Source of the DNA: an uncultured Ruegeria sp.
Lineage (GTDB): Bacteria > Pseudomonadota > Alphaproteobacteria > Rhodobacterales > Rhodobacteraceae
Assembly: GCF_947504215.1 (NCBI RefSeq)
Contig: NZ_CANNGO010000009.1
Span: 64,264-128,263, forward strand
Reading direction: 5' to 3'
DNA: 64,000 nt
Below, in pieces: positions 21,190 to 30,406 of this stretch. The notes below the pieces were generated by a model. It worked only from the letters and a program-made list of their open reading frames with translations, was not told the origin of the DNA and did no database searches. The first letter of the stretch is position 1. The number at the start of each line of letters is the position of its first letter. The translations under genes were made by a program, and so were the position numbers.

Positions 21190-22008
21190 CTAGAACCCCG
21201 CCAGATCCTTATGCAGGTGACTGACCGTGCCGTCTGTATCTGTCATGGTAACATCCACCGACTGCGCTTTGCTTGGCACCGAAATGCCGACACGCGGGTT
21301 CTCGGATAGGGAAATCGATCCGGTCATCTCGATATAGCCGGCACCATCAAGGTCGATATCTACGGTTTCCACGTAGCGCATTGGAATGAACAGCAGGGAA
21401 ATCTGGTCCATTTGCATTCCGGAATGCGAGGGGTGGTCGATGTTCAGATCCATCTTGTTGGCTCGGTTCGCACCAAGGTTCGAAAGCCGGGTACGTGTAT
21501 CGAGCGCGGGGACACGGCCGACCAGTTCAGCCTCCATCGTACCCAAGTTCGCTATGGCCAGTTCCGGATCGGTTCCCGGAGGTGCAGAACACGCACCCAA
21601 ACCGGATGTTTTGACAAAGGTTTCCGAAACCCAAAGTCGCCCGTCTGTGGTTTCCGCAATGACATGCATGGGTGTTGGGCCGTTTACTCGCATCGTCACG
21701 TCAAAGTAGAAACTGGGCAGCGGCTTTTCCAACTCGAACACGGCAGAGACCGGCATCGGGTTTTCATCCAAGACCAGAGTTACTTTGGCGACATTTACCC
21801 CCTTGGGGGCTACAATCTGCGCGGCCAATTCAGCACGGGCATCATCCGGCGTGCGATAGGGGGCATCAATGGCGATCAGATCATCGCCGTTCAGCATGGC
21901 CCGGTCGCCGTATAGCAACGCCCGCACATTCTCCCATGCTTCGTTCGACGCCCAGGCCGGCAGAGCCAATAGGCAAAGCAGGGACGCGATCAGGCAAGAA
22001 GTTCTCAT
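21190..22008 (-). CDS. Quinoprotein dehydrogenase-associated fused SoxYZ-like carrier (copy 2)
   Basis: DENPMP..RVNG..FVKTSGLGACSAP, then HPSHSGMQMDQ. Signal peptide. Confidence 0.87.
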   Translation of the reverse strand: MRTSCLIASLLCLLALPAWASNEAWENVRALLYGDRAMLNGDDLIAIDAPYRTPDDARAELAAQIVAPKGVNVAKVTLVLDENPMPVSAVFELEKPLPSFYFDVTMRVNGPTPMHVIAETTDGRLWVSETFVKTSGLGACSAPPGTDPELAIANLGTMEAELVGRVPALDTRTRLSNLGANRANKMDLNIDHPSHSGMQMDQISLLFIPMRYVETVDIDLDGAGYIEMTGSISLSENPRVGISVPSKAQSVDVTMTDTDGTVSHLHKDLAGF

Positions 22009-22970
22009 TGTCTTCCTCCTTCCAAAAATCTGCCGAAAGCGCGGGGCCCATCGCAGGTTTCCAATGTTCTTACCACGGACATAGTATCCGGGTCCACGAA
22101 ACTGACGGTGTTGTCGAACCAGTTGGCGATGACCAACAGGTCACCTTTAGCTGTGACATCGATGCCTTCGGGATACTCTCCGACATCAATCGTTGCCTCG
22201 GGTTCGAGCGTGTCCAGTGAGATCGCGGTGAGCGTGTTGGAATACTGGTTGGTCACAAAAGCGTGGTTGTTGGCGAAGGCAATGCCATAGGGTCGTTCCC
22301 CAACTGGAACGGTAGCAAGTCTTTTACCGCTTTCGGCATCCAGGACACTGACGTCATTGCTGCCCACATTGCCCACAAACAGCCGTCCATCCGGAGCAAA
22401 GCCCAACCCAAAGGGACGGGTTCCTACGGGAATACGGTGCAGCGGCTGTAGGGTTCCAGCATCGAAAACCGATACCTGATCGGCATCTTTGTCAGCCGAG
22501 GCCACAAAGCGCCCATCGCCCGAAAGGGCTATGCCAGCCGGAGCCTCTCCCGTAGTTATTTCCGTTTGTGTTTCCAAAGTCTTGTCATCCAAGACCCACA
22601 GCCGGGCGTTGTACCAATCCGACACGAACAGTCGTCCCTGCCGAGGGTCCTGCGCGATGCCGATCGGGCCGCCGTCCAGCACGATCTGCGACAATATCTC
22701 GCCGGTTTTTGTGGAAAGGCGTTGGATCGTCTTGCTGCCGGCCGACACCGTGAACAGGTCGCCGTGTGCACCGACCGCAACACCAGCTGGTTTGCCGGGC
22801 AGGGGCCAGCGGTCGGTTTCGTGCATCTCGGTCACGTCGATGCGGCTTAGTTCCTCACCGTTCTGGCAAGTCACAAAGGCAGTGTCTGCAGGCGCAGCGC
22901 TAGCGGTCGCAGCTAGAAACAATGCCAAACCGAGCTCAGCTTGCGGCGCCAAAGCGTTCGACCAAAGCAT
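22005..22970 (-). CDS. YVTN/YncE beta-propeller protein
   Basis: Repeats of V.vG.rP.GIA..DG..FVTN. Signal peptide. Confidence 0.88.
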   Translation of the reverse strand: MLWSNALAPQAELGLALFLAATASAAPADTAFVTCQNGEELSRIDVTEMHETDRWPLPGKPAGVAVGAHGDLFTVSAGSKTIQRLSTKTGEILSQIVLDGGPIGIAQDPRQGRLFVSDWYNARLWVLDDKTLETQTEITTGEAPAGIALSGDGRFVASADKDADQVSVFDAGTLQPLHRIPVGTRPFGLGFAPDGRLFVGNVGSNDVSVLDAESGKRLATVPVGERPYGIAFANNHAFVTNQYSNTLTAISLDTLEPEATIDVGEYPEGIDVTAKGDLLVIANWFDNTVSFVDPDTMSVVRTLETCDGPRAFGRFLEGGRQ

Positions 22971-23475
22971 CCAGACCGGCCTGATAGACGCCCGTCACGG
23001 CAGCCACAGCTGCTTCGTCATTCAGTTCGGCGGGTGGATCGTTATTGGGGTATCCACGATAAAACGCGCCGCGCCATTCGATGATCGATCCGCCTCCGTC
23101 ACGGGGCTTTACGGTCAGATGTGACGAGTAGTTGGTTACCGGCAGAACTTCGACCTCGACCGCCGTTATCCGGTAGGAATAGCTCATCTTCTCGGCGCTG
23201 TGTTTATACAGAACCTCTGCAATCGTGGGTCCGCCGTCTTGCCCAAGCGTCAGTAACCGTGTCGCGTCAATCTCGTTCTCACCTTCGCCTTCCGTAGAAA
23301 ACACCGCAGGGTGCCAGGACATGTCGTCAAAATTTCCGATGGCTGCCCAGACGTCTTCTGGGGGGGCTGCGACTTCGGCCGTCAGGGTAACTTTTTGGCG
23401 GGTCGGGCCATGTGCCCAGACAGCGCCAGGCGCCGAAGCCGCCGCGATAGTTGCAACAAAGGTTCGTCGATTCAT
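22936..23475 (-). CDS. SRPBCC-family MxaD-like protein with Tat signal
   Basis: NRRTFV twin-arginine motif, WAAIGNF, WRGAFYRGYPNNDPP. Confidence 0.82.
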   Translation of the reverse strand: MNRRTFVATIAAASAPGAVWAHGPTRQKVTLTAEVAAPPEDVWAAIGNFDDMSWHPAVFSTEGEGENEIDATRLLTLGQDGGPTIAEVLYKHSAEKMSYSYRITAVEVEVLPVTNYSSHLTVKPRDGGGSIIEWRGAFYRGYPNNDPPAELNDEAAVAAVTGVYQAGLDALVERFGAAS

Positions 23476-23636
23476 TCTGTTTCCTCCCAGAAAGCGCTAA
23501 CGCTGACCCGCTTCTGTCACTGATACGTGATCCTCTGACGTTGCCGCGGGGGTCCGTCGGTGCAAACCTTTAAGGCCAGTCTTCGCGATCAGGCGAAAGC
23601 TGCGAGAAACAGAAGCAAGATCAATTGCCTACGCAC

Positions 23637-23674
23637 ATTCTTAAAAAATAAGAATCGAGCTTCATGATGAAGCT
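23637..23674. promoter_or_regulatory. Two adjacent palindromes in the divergent mxaD-like / SBP promoter
   Basis: ATTCTTA-AAAAA-TAAGAAT (23637-23655) and AGCTTCAT-G-ATGAAGCT (23658-23674). Confidence 0.45.
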
Positions 23675-23781
23675 GATAGGCTTGGATTTACAACACGGCC
23701 AAAAGTATCGGTTCCGTTTTGTAAGGCGGTCCGCCTTTGTTAGGGACCCGCTCTCAACCACGCGGGCCATGGGAGGAGATC

Positions 23782-24969
23782 TTGAACAATCGCTTGATAC
23801 CGCTTTTCGCGGCATTGATCTGGTGCGTCTCGGCAGTTTCGGCTGTGGCGATTGACGTTAAGGCTGCGGTTCTGAGGATCGACTATCCAACGCTACTTCC
23901 GATTTCGCGATATGACCTGAAACCAGATGACTTGGGTTTTGCAGGGGCCGTTCTGGGTGATGAGGATAACGGCACAACCGGTAGCTTTCTGGGCCACACA
24001 TATGAAACCGCTCATCTTGCTGTTCCGCCTGAGCAGGCAGATGACGCGATGGATCAGCTATTGGCCGAAGGGGTTCGCCTGTTTGTTGTTTTGGCCGACG
24101 CCCCGGATGTCTTACGCCTGACAGATAAGGCGGCCGAAGCTGGAGCGCTGGTATTCAACGCATCCGCGCCTGAAGTTGACCTGCGCGACGCAAATTGTCG
24201 GCGCAACCTGCTGCACATTGCGCCGTCGCGCGCGATGAACACGGATGCTGTCGCGCAGTTTGCGGTCTGGAAGAAATGGGGCGATTGGTTCTTGCTGGCG
24301 GGATCGAACCCGGATGATGTGAAGCTGGCTGATGCCTATCGCCGTTCGGCAACCAAGTTTGGTGCAAAAATCTCCGAAGATCGTACTTTTGAAGACACCG
24401 GTGGATCGCGACGGACAGATTCTGGCCACGTATTGGTGCAGCGTCAGCTGCCCATTGATACGCAAGGTGCGCGTGATCATGATGTGGTGATAGCGGCCGA
24501 CGAAAGCGACTATTTCGGCCGATACCTGTCCTATCACCTTTGGACACCGCGCCCGGTTATGGGGTCCGGTGGCTTGCGCCCTGTGACATTCCATGGCGCG
24601 CATGAGGCTTGGGGTGCAACGCAATATCAAACCCGGTTCGAAGAGTTGACTGGACGATATGTCAGACCTGAAGACTACAATGTCTGGTTGGCATTGCGCG
24701 TGATTGGCGAGGCGGTGACGCGTGCGAATACGTCAGACCCGGACGGTGTGCACGACTATGCAGTGTCGGATGAGTTCGAACTGGCGGCCTTCAAAGGGCA
24801 AAAGGTGACGTTTCGCGAGTGGAACGGACAATTGCGCCAGCCGATCCTGCTGTATGATGGGTCAATCACTGTCAGCGTCAGCCCTCAGGACGGGTTTCTG
24901 CACCAGAGCTCCCCGCTCGATACGATGGGTCTGGATCGGGCGGAATCCAAATGCACGGCTTTTGATTAA
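23782..24969 (+). CDS. ABC substrate-binding protein of PQQ alcohol dehydrogenase systems (PedA1/LutA-like)
   Basis: Branched-chain-type PBP fold, GAVLGDEDNGTTGSFLG, HEAWGATQYQTRF, WNGQLRQPI. GGAGG RBS before the TTG at 23782. Confidence 0.88.
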   Translation: MNNRLIPLFAALIWCVSAVSAVAIDVKAAVLRIDYPTLLPISRYDLKPDDLGFAGAVLGDEDNGTTGSFLGHTYETAHLAVPPEQADDAMDQLLAEGVRLFVVLADAPDVLRLTDKAAEAGALVFNASAPEVDLRDANCRRNLLHIAPSRAMNTDAVAQFAVWKKWGDWFLLAGSNPDDVKLADAYRRSATKFGAKISEDRTFEDTGGSRRTDSGHVLVQRQLPIDTQGARDHDVVIAADESDYFGRYLSYHLWTPRPVMGSGGLRPVTFHGAHEAWGATQYQTRFEELTGRYVRPEDYNVWLALRVIGEAVTRANTSDPDGVHDYAVSDEFELAAFKGQKVTFREWNGQLRQPILLYDGSITVSVSPQDGFLHQSSPLDTMGLDRAESKCTAFD

Positions 24970-24980
24970 CCGGAGATGCT

Positions 24981-25952
24981 ATGAAACACATATTGTTATC
25001 CACCGCTCTTGCCGCATTGATTGCGGGTCCGGTTTTCGCCGGGAAGGCCTTTGTCTCGAATGAACGAGGCAACACAATCACCGTCGTCGATACCGATACG
25101 TGGGAGGTCATTACCGAGTTTCCGGGCGGGAACAGACCCCGCGGCATCACGGTCAGCCCGGATGGAAGCAAGCTGTATGTCTGTGCCTCGGATGACAATA
25201 TCATTCGAGTGTTCGATACCGAGACATACGAAGAGCTACCGAGCCTGCCATCAGGGCCTGACCCTGAGCTGTTCATTCTCGAGCCGTCGGGAAAACGACT
25301 GTACATCGCCAATGAGGACGACAACCTTGTGACGGTCACGGACACGGAAACGCGTACCGTTCTGGCCGAGGTGCCGGTTGGTGTCGAACCCGAAGGCATG
25401 GGGATGAGCCCGGATGCGAAATTCGTGGTGAACACGTCTGAGACCACCAATATGGCGCATTTCATCTCGACCGAGGATTATACAATCAAACACAATATTC
25501 TGGTCGATCAGCGCCCGCGCTACGCGCAATACTCGGCAGATGGGTCGCGTTTGTTTGTAACGTCAGAGATTGGCGGAACGGTGTCCGTCATGGACATCGC
25601 TGAAGACGGGACACCCACGGTTGTCGGCAAGATCAGCTTTGAAGTGGCAGGTGTTCAGCCCGAATGGTTGCAGCCTGTCGGTGCCAAAGTCACGTCAGAT
25701 GGCAAGCGTCTATTTGTTGCGTTGGGTCCGGCAAATCGCGTAGCCGTTGTCGACGCGCAAAGCCTTGAGGTTCTGGACTACATCCTTGTGGGGCAGCGCG
25801 TCTGGCAGTTGGATTTCACGCCCGACGAGAAGTACCTGCTGACAACGAACGGCAATTCCAACGACATAACCATAATCGATGTCGCGACAGAAAAAGCGAT
25901 CAAATCCGTACAGGTCGGCCAACAGCCTTGGGGCGTTGTGACGATTGACTGA
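24981..25952 (+). CDS. PQQ-catabolism-associated YVTN beta-propeller (PedA2/LutB-like)
   Basis: FVSNERGNT, GPDPELF, GVEPEGM, GQRVWQ repeats. Confidence 0.88.
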   Translation: MKHILLSTALAALIAGPVFAGKAFVSNERGNTITVVDTDTWEVITEFPGGNRPRGITVSPDGSKLYVCASDDNIIRVFDTETYEELPSLPSGPDPELFILEPSGKRLYIANEDDNLVTVTDTETRTVLAEVPVGVEPEGMGMSPDAKFVVNTSETTNMAHFISTEDYTIKHNILVDQRPRYAQYSADGSRLFVTSEIGGTVSVMDIAEDGTPTVVGKISFEVAGVQPEWLQPVGAKVTSDGKRLFVALGPANRVAVVDAQSLEVLDYILVGQRVWQLDFTPDEKYLLTTNGNSNDITIIDVATEKAIKSVQVGQQPWGVVTID

Positions 25953-25971
25953 TGTTCTGGGAGGAACGGGA

Positions 25972-26409
25972 ATGAAGAAGCTATTGACCGCAGCCCTGGT
26001 TGCGACACTGGGCGGGCCGGTATCGGCGGCGCCACTTTGCGATGATCTGGGGTTTGCAGGGCTCCTGGCAAAGTGCAATCGCGGGGAAACCATCCAGCTG
26101 ACGCTCGCCTCGGGGCAACCGTTGGGTGAGGATGTCGTGCTGCAATCCGGTGCGTATTACAAGCTGGAGATCACCGCAGACGGATCGGCTGAGCTGGCCA
26201 TCGAAGGCCCTTCGTTCTTTCGGGCAATCTGGATGAATGAGATTGTCATCAACAAGATCGAAATTCGCCCGATGGCCGTGGACAGTATCGAGTTTGATAA
26301 GGCCGGCGTTGCCGAGCTGTCGTTCATAGCGATCAAACCTGGCAGTCACGAAATTCGTATCCCCGGGTCCACTGGCGAAACTCAGAAAGTGACCATCAGT
26401 ATTCAATGA
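25972..26409 (+). CDS. Exported cupredoxin-like protein lacking type-1 Cu ligands
   Basis: Signal peptide and beta-sandwich pattern ending FIAIKPGSHEIRIPG. No C-x-x-x-H-M ligand loop. Confidence 0.55.
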   Translation: MKKLLTAALVATLGGPVSAAPLCDDLGFAGLLAKCNRGETIQLTLASGQPLGEDVVLQSGAYYKLEITADGSAELAIEGPSFFRAIWMNEIVINKIEIRPMAVDSIEFDKAGVAELSFIAIKPGSHEIRIPGSTGETQKVTISIQ

Positions 26410-26423
26410 TGAAAGGACAAAGT

Positions 26424-26672
26424 ATGAAAAAGATTGGTGTATTGGCCCTTCTGGCTTGTGTTGCCTCGCCGGCGCTGGCGGATGAGGTAGACGTGGAAAC
26501 TGTCGGCAAGATCGAGGCATATCTGGCGTCTGTCGAGTGCCAGATGGACCCCGATGATATTGAGGTGGAAGACGACGGTTATGACCTTGATGACGTGATC
26601 TGCAAAGGCGGCAATCAGTTCGATATCAAGTTGGACAAAGACCTCAATGAGGTCAGCCGCAAGGCCGAATAG
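26424..26672 (+). CDS. Small acidic exported PepSY-like protein
   Basis: Signal MKKIGVLALLACVASPALA; mature 63 aa with 21 D/E; IEVEDDGYDLDD..QFDIKLD matches the PepSY pattern. Confidence 0.75.
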   Translation: MKKIGVLALLACVASPALADEVDVETVGKIEAYLASVECQMDPDDIEVEDDGYDLDDVICKGGNQFDIKLDKDLNEVSRKAE

Positions 26673-26697
26673 CGTGATTTGAAATCAGGATAAGGCA

Positions 26698-27663
26698 ATG
26701 AAAGCACTATACGCCTTTTGCACAGCGCTCGTCTTTGCGGCGGGCGTTGTGTCAGCCGACACACTGCCAACAGTTCGCGCCGCTGTGCTGAAGATTGGCA
26801 CTGTGAATTGGGAATTGGAGACCATCCGGCTGAACGGGTTGGACAAGAAACACGGGTTTACGCTTGAGGTTCAGCCCTTTGCCGACAACGGCGCGACACG
26901 TATCGCGGTCGAAGGCGGCGAGGCTGATCTGGCAGTAGCGGATTGGATCTGGGTGGCGCGCCAAAGGGCGGCTGGCAAAGACTATGTGTTCATTCCATAT
27001 TCCAAGGCGGTCGGCGGTGTTGTGGTGCCAGCTGACAGCGCTGCCAGCAGCCTGAAAGATCTGGCTGGTGGGAAGATTGGCATAGCGGGCGGACCGCTGG
27101 ACAAATCCTGGCTGATCCTGAGGGCCTATGCGGCGCAGGAATACGATATGGACCTCAAGGCGGACACCGAACAGGTGTTCGGGGCACCGCCGCTGATCTT
27201 CAAATCAGCATTGGGCGGCGATTATGCCGGGGCAATCAATTTCTGGCATTTTCTGGCCAAAATGAAAGCGTCTGGCATGAAAGAGCTGATCTCGGTCGAG
27301 CAGGCAGGGGAGGCGTTGGGATTGGACACAGACACACCCTTGCTGGGGTATTATCTGAAAGAGAGCTTTCTGAACGACAATCCCGGTCTGGCGCAGGGCT
27401 TGTTTGCGGCAAGCCGAGACGCCAAGCAGCTTTTGGCAACCTCACCAGACGCGTGGGAGGCGATCAGGCCAAGGATGAACGCAAAGGCTGATGCGCAGTT
27501 TGAACAGCTTAAATCCGACTGGATTGCGGGCATCCCTGATCGGGGTCCGGTTGACGAAGATGCCGCCAACACGATGCTGGCGTTGATGGCAGAATTAGGT
27601 GGCGCCGAGCTGGTTGGTCAGGCCACAACGGTTCCGCAGGGTCTGTTTGCGGACGTGGAATAG
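26698..27663 (+). CDS. NitT/TauT-family ABC substrate-binding protein
   Basis: Signal peptide, GTVNWELETI, GGPLDKSW, INFWHF motifs. Confidence 0.85.
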   Translation: MKALYAFCTALVFAAGVVSADTLPTVRAAVLKIGTVNWELETIRLNGLDKKHGFTLEVQPFADNGATRIAVEGGEADLAVADWIWVARQRAAGKDYVFIPYSKAVGGVVVPADSAASSLKDLAGGKIGIAGGPLDKSWLILRAYAAQEYDMDLKADTEQVFGAPPLIFKSALGGDYAGAINFWHFLAKMKASGMKELISVEQAGEALGLDTDTPLLGYYLKESFLNDNPGLAQGLFAASRDAKQLLATSPDAWEAIRPRMNAKADAQFEQLKSDWIAGIPDRGPVDEDAANTMLALMAELGGAELVGQATTVPQGLFADVE

Positions 27664-27669
27664 GTCTGG

Positions 27670-28419
27670 ATGCAAGACACGCGCCTAACGCCTGTTCTGT
27701 CCATCGGCGGCCTCGTGATTTTGTGGATCGTTGCGGGCTTTCTAACCGATGATCCGCAAATCCTGCCGCAGCCATGGGATCTGGTGCCGCGGTTTCAGCA
27801 AGAGCTGGCCTCGGGCGAATTGCTGCGCAACCTTGGCGCGACGCTGCTGCGCGTGATCTGGGCGTTTGCTTTAGCGATGACGTTGGGCACGATTATCGGC
27901 CTCGCCATGGGGCGTTCGCCAGCCATCAATCGATGGTTGGACCCGTGGCTTGTGATCTTTCTGAACCTGCCGGCGTTGGTCCTGATTGTGCTGTGCTATC
28001 TGTGGATCGGCTTGACAGAGGCCGCCGCGATTACGGCCGTCACACTGAACAAAATCCCCAATGTTGCTACGATCCTGCGGGAGGGGGGTAGGGCGCTGAA
28101 CCCTGATTTGGATGCCATGGCGCATGTCTATCGGATCCCGTGGTTTACCCGTATGCGCCACGTCATCATTCCCCAGTTGGCACCATTCATCGCCGCAGCA
28201 TCAAGGTCTGGCATATCATTGATTTGGAAAATCGTTCTGGTGGTCGAATTCCTTGGGCGTTCGTCGGGTGTTGGATTTCAAATTCACCTTTATTTCCAGC
28301 TGTTTGATGTGGCAATGGTGCTGGTTTATGCGTTTTCGTTCATCGCGGTGATGCTGATGGTCGAATGGCTGGTCCTGCAACCTTCAGAACGCAAGGCCCG
28401 CCGGTGGAGGGCTGCATGA
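27670..28419 (+). CDS. NitT/TauT-family ABC permease
   Basis: Six TM helices, EAA-like loop (DAMAHVYRIP), LVVEFLG. Confidence 0.9.
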   Translation: MQDTRLTPVLSIGGLVILWIVAGFLTDDPQILPQPWDLVPRFQQELASGELLRNLGATLLRVIWAFALAMTLGTIIGLAMGRSPAINRWLDPWLVIFLNLPALVLIVLCYLWIGLTEAAAITAVTLNKIPNVATILREGGRALNPDLDAMAHVYRIPWFTRMRHVIIPQLAPFIAAASRSGISLIWKIVLVVEFLGRSSGVGFQIHLYFQLFDVAMVLVYAFSFIAVMLMVEWLVLQPSERKARRWRAA

Positions 28420-29018
28420 TCCACATTCATATCCGGCAAAAGCAATTCGGGGACGTGTCTGTTCTGGGTCCAATTGTGTTTGATATTGCCCAGGGCGAAA
28501 CGGTCGCCCTGACCGGGCCTTCGGGAGTTGGAAAAACCACCTTATTGCGTTTGGTTGCAGGGATCGATGATGCGTTTGACGGGCAGATTACACGCCCCGA
28601 GCGACTGGCGATTGTATTTCAAGAGCCGACATTGCTACCCTGGCGGTCTGCGCTCGAAAATTTGACGCTAGTGCATCCGGGACTAAAGAGTGCCGCGGCT
28701 GAAGCAGCCCTCAATTCCGTTGGGTTGTCAGGCAAAGGAGAGTTGTTTCCAGGCCAGCTGTCGCTGGGCCAACAAAGGCGATTGTCTCTGGCGCGGGCCT
28801 TTGCCGGACGACCTGAATTCTTGATTATGGATGAGCCGTTTGTTTCGCTGGATCGCGACACGGCCGAAATCATGTTGGCGTTGACCGAAGATTTGATCTC
28901 GCAGCACCGGCCTTCTACGCTTTTCGTCACGCATTCTGCGTCCGAGGCGGAACGCCTCGCAGATCGCATCCTGAGCCTGCAAGCGGGGCCGCGTGGGGCC
29001 GTATTGGACCAGGTTTAG
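28416..29018 (+). CDS. NitT/TauT-family ABC ATP-binding subunit
   Basis: GPSGVGKT, LSLGQ signature, MDEPF, VTH. ATGA overlap. Confidence 0.92.
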   Translation: MIHIHIRQKQFGDVSVLGPIVFDIAQGETVALTGPSGVGKTTLLRLVAGIDDAFDGQITRPERLAIVFQEPTLLPWRSALENLTLVHPGLKSAAAEAALNSVGLSGKGELFPGQLSLGQQRRLSLARAFAGRPEFLIMDEPFVSLDRDTAEIMLALTEDLISQHRPSTLFVTHSASEAERLADRILSLQAGPRGAVLDQV

Positions 29019-29021
29019 TCT

Positions 29022-30134
29022 TTATTCGGCTGGTTCGCGTGTTTTGCCGGGGGCCGTGCGATAGACAAACGGCGCGTCTATACTTGCGGCATGCTGGTTC
29101 GCCTGCGATTGCAAGTCCTTGTGATGCGGAGATTTGATGCAAACCGGGTCTGTGGCGTTTGCGTCGCCAACAATGGCCATCGCCTGACAGCGACATCCGC
29201 CAAAATCGATTGTCTTGCGGTCGCAGCTTTGGCATGGCTCAGACATCCATTCCGTTCCGCGATAGGCGTTGAAGGCGGAATTGTTGTACCAGATCTCGGC
29301 CAGAGGTTTGTCTTGCACACGGTCAAACTGAAGGTGCGGAATGGACTGGGCGGCGTGGCACGGTAAAACCTGCCCGTCGGGTGTCACATTCAAACCCGTT
29401 GTCCCCCAACCGCCCATACAGCGTTTTGGATAGTCATCGTGATAGTCCGCAGGAACATAGTCGATGACCAGCTCACCCTTCAGAGCCTGCCGCGCCTCGA
29501 TGACATGTTGGGTGACTTGCTGGGCCTGGTCCCGCGTCGGCATCAAGGCATCACGGTTTTGCAGGGCCCAACCATGGAACTGCACCGTCGCCACCTCAAT
29601 CCGTCTGGCGCCCATTTCTTGCGCCAACTCAAGTGCGCGCAGCAGTTGGTGGGCATTGTGACGGTGCAGGACGAAGTTAAGCGTTAAAGGAAAGCCGATA
29701 GCCTTGATCCACTCAACCGCTTTCATCTTGCGATCAAACCCACCCCGATAGCCGCCGACTTTGTCGGCCATCACAGCATCGGTCCCCTGAAGAGACAGTT
29801 GGATATGATCAAGACCGGCCTCATCCAGCTCGTGCAAACGACGCTCGGACAGCCCAATGGCAGATGTGATCAGGTTGGTGTAAAGCCCAGCTTGCCGGGC
29901 AGCTTTCACAAGCGTGACCAGATCGCGCCGCGATGCCGGTTCACCGCCGGATAGATGAAGTTGTAAGACACCCAGCGCAGCAGCTTCTTCGAACACGCGG
30001 GTCCAGATGTCGGTGTCCATTTCACTGTCCTGTTTGGCCATTTCGACCGGATTTGAACAGTATGGGCAGGACAGAGGACAGCGATGCGTCAGCTCCGCCA
30101 ACATGGCGATAGGGGGAGGAACACCTCTATTCAT
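29022..30134 (-). CDS. pqqE: PQQ biosynthesis radical SAM protein
   Basis: AELTHRCPLSCPYC; SPASM CMGGWG and CGGCRCQA-like motifs. Confidence 0.97.
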   Translation of the reverse strand: MNRGVPPPIAMLAELTHRCPLSCPYCSNPVEMAKQDSEMDTDIWTRVFEEAAALGVLQLHLSGGEPASRRDLVTLVKAARQAGLYTNLITSAIGLSERRLHELDEAGLDHIQLSLQGTDAVMADKVGGYRGGFDRKMKAVEWIKAIGFPLTLNFVLHRHNAHQLLRALELAQEMGARRIEVATVQFHGWALQNRDALMPTRDQAQQVTQHVIEARQALKGELVIDYVPADYHDDYPKRCMGGWGTTGLNVTPDGQVLPCHAAQSIPHLQFDRVQDKPLAEIWYNNSAFNAYRGTEWMSEPCQSCDRKTIDFGGCRCQAMAIVGDANATDPVCIKSPHHKDLQSQANQHAASIDAPFVYRTAPGKTREPAE

Positions 30135-30406
30135 TAAGTCACATCCAAAAATCGCCGGGCGCGCAGGGCGTCCAGGAAACCGCCACTGTCTTCGGCGATC
30201 TGATCCTGAGGGGCGTTGTATTTTTCGGACAGTGCGGTGGTGATCTGTCCAAAACTGCGCTGGCCGTCCACCTCGTTTAAAATCGCGTGCCCGATCTGGT
30301 CTAAAGTCACCGCGCGTTCAGGTGCAAGCAACACCCATTTGCCACGCACTTTGTCATAGTGCAGGCGCACGCCCCGGGGCAGTGTGGGGATCTCTTGGGC
30401 CAACAT
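30134..30406 (-). CDS. pqqD: PQQ peptide chaperone
   Basis: LPRGVRLHYDKVRGKWVLLAPER. The ATG at 30406 overlaps the pqqC stop. Confidence 0.93.
   Translation of the reverse strand: MLAQEIPTLPRGVRLHYDKVRGKWVLLAPERAVTLDQIGHAILNEVDGQRSFGQITTALSEKYNAPQDQIAEDSGGFLDALRARRFLDVT

Noticed and set aside
26424-26672. Lanmodulin-like EF-hand suggested by DPDD
   Set aside because: It lacks the repeated 12-residue D-P-D-x-D-G-T loops; the pattern fits PepSY instead.
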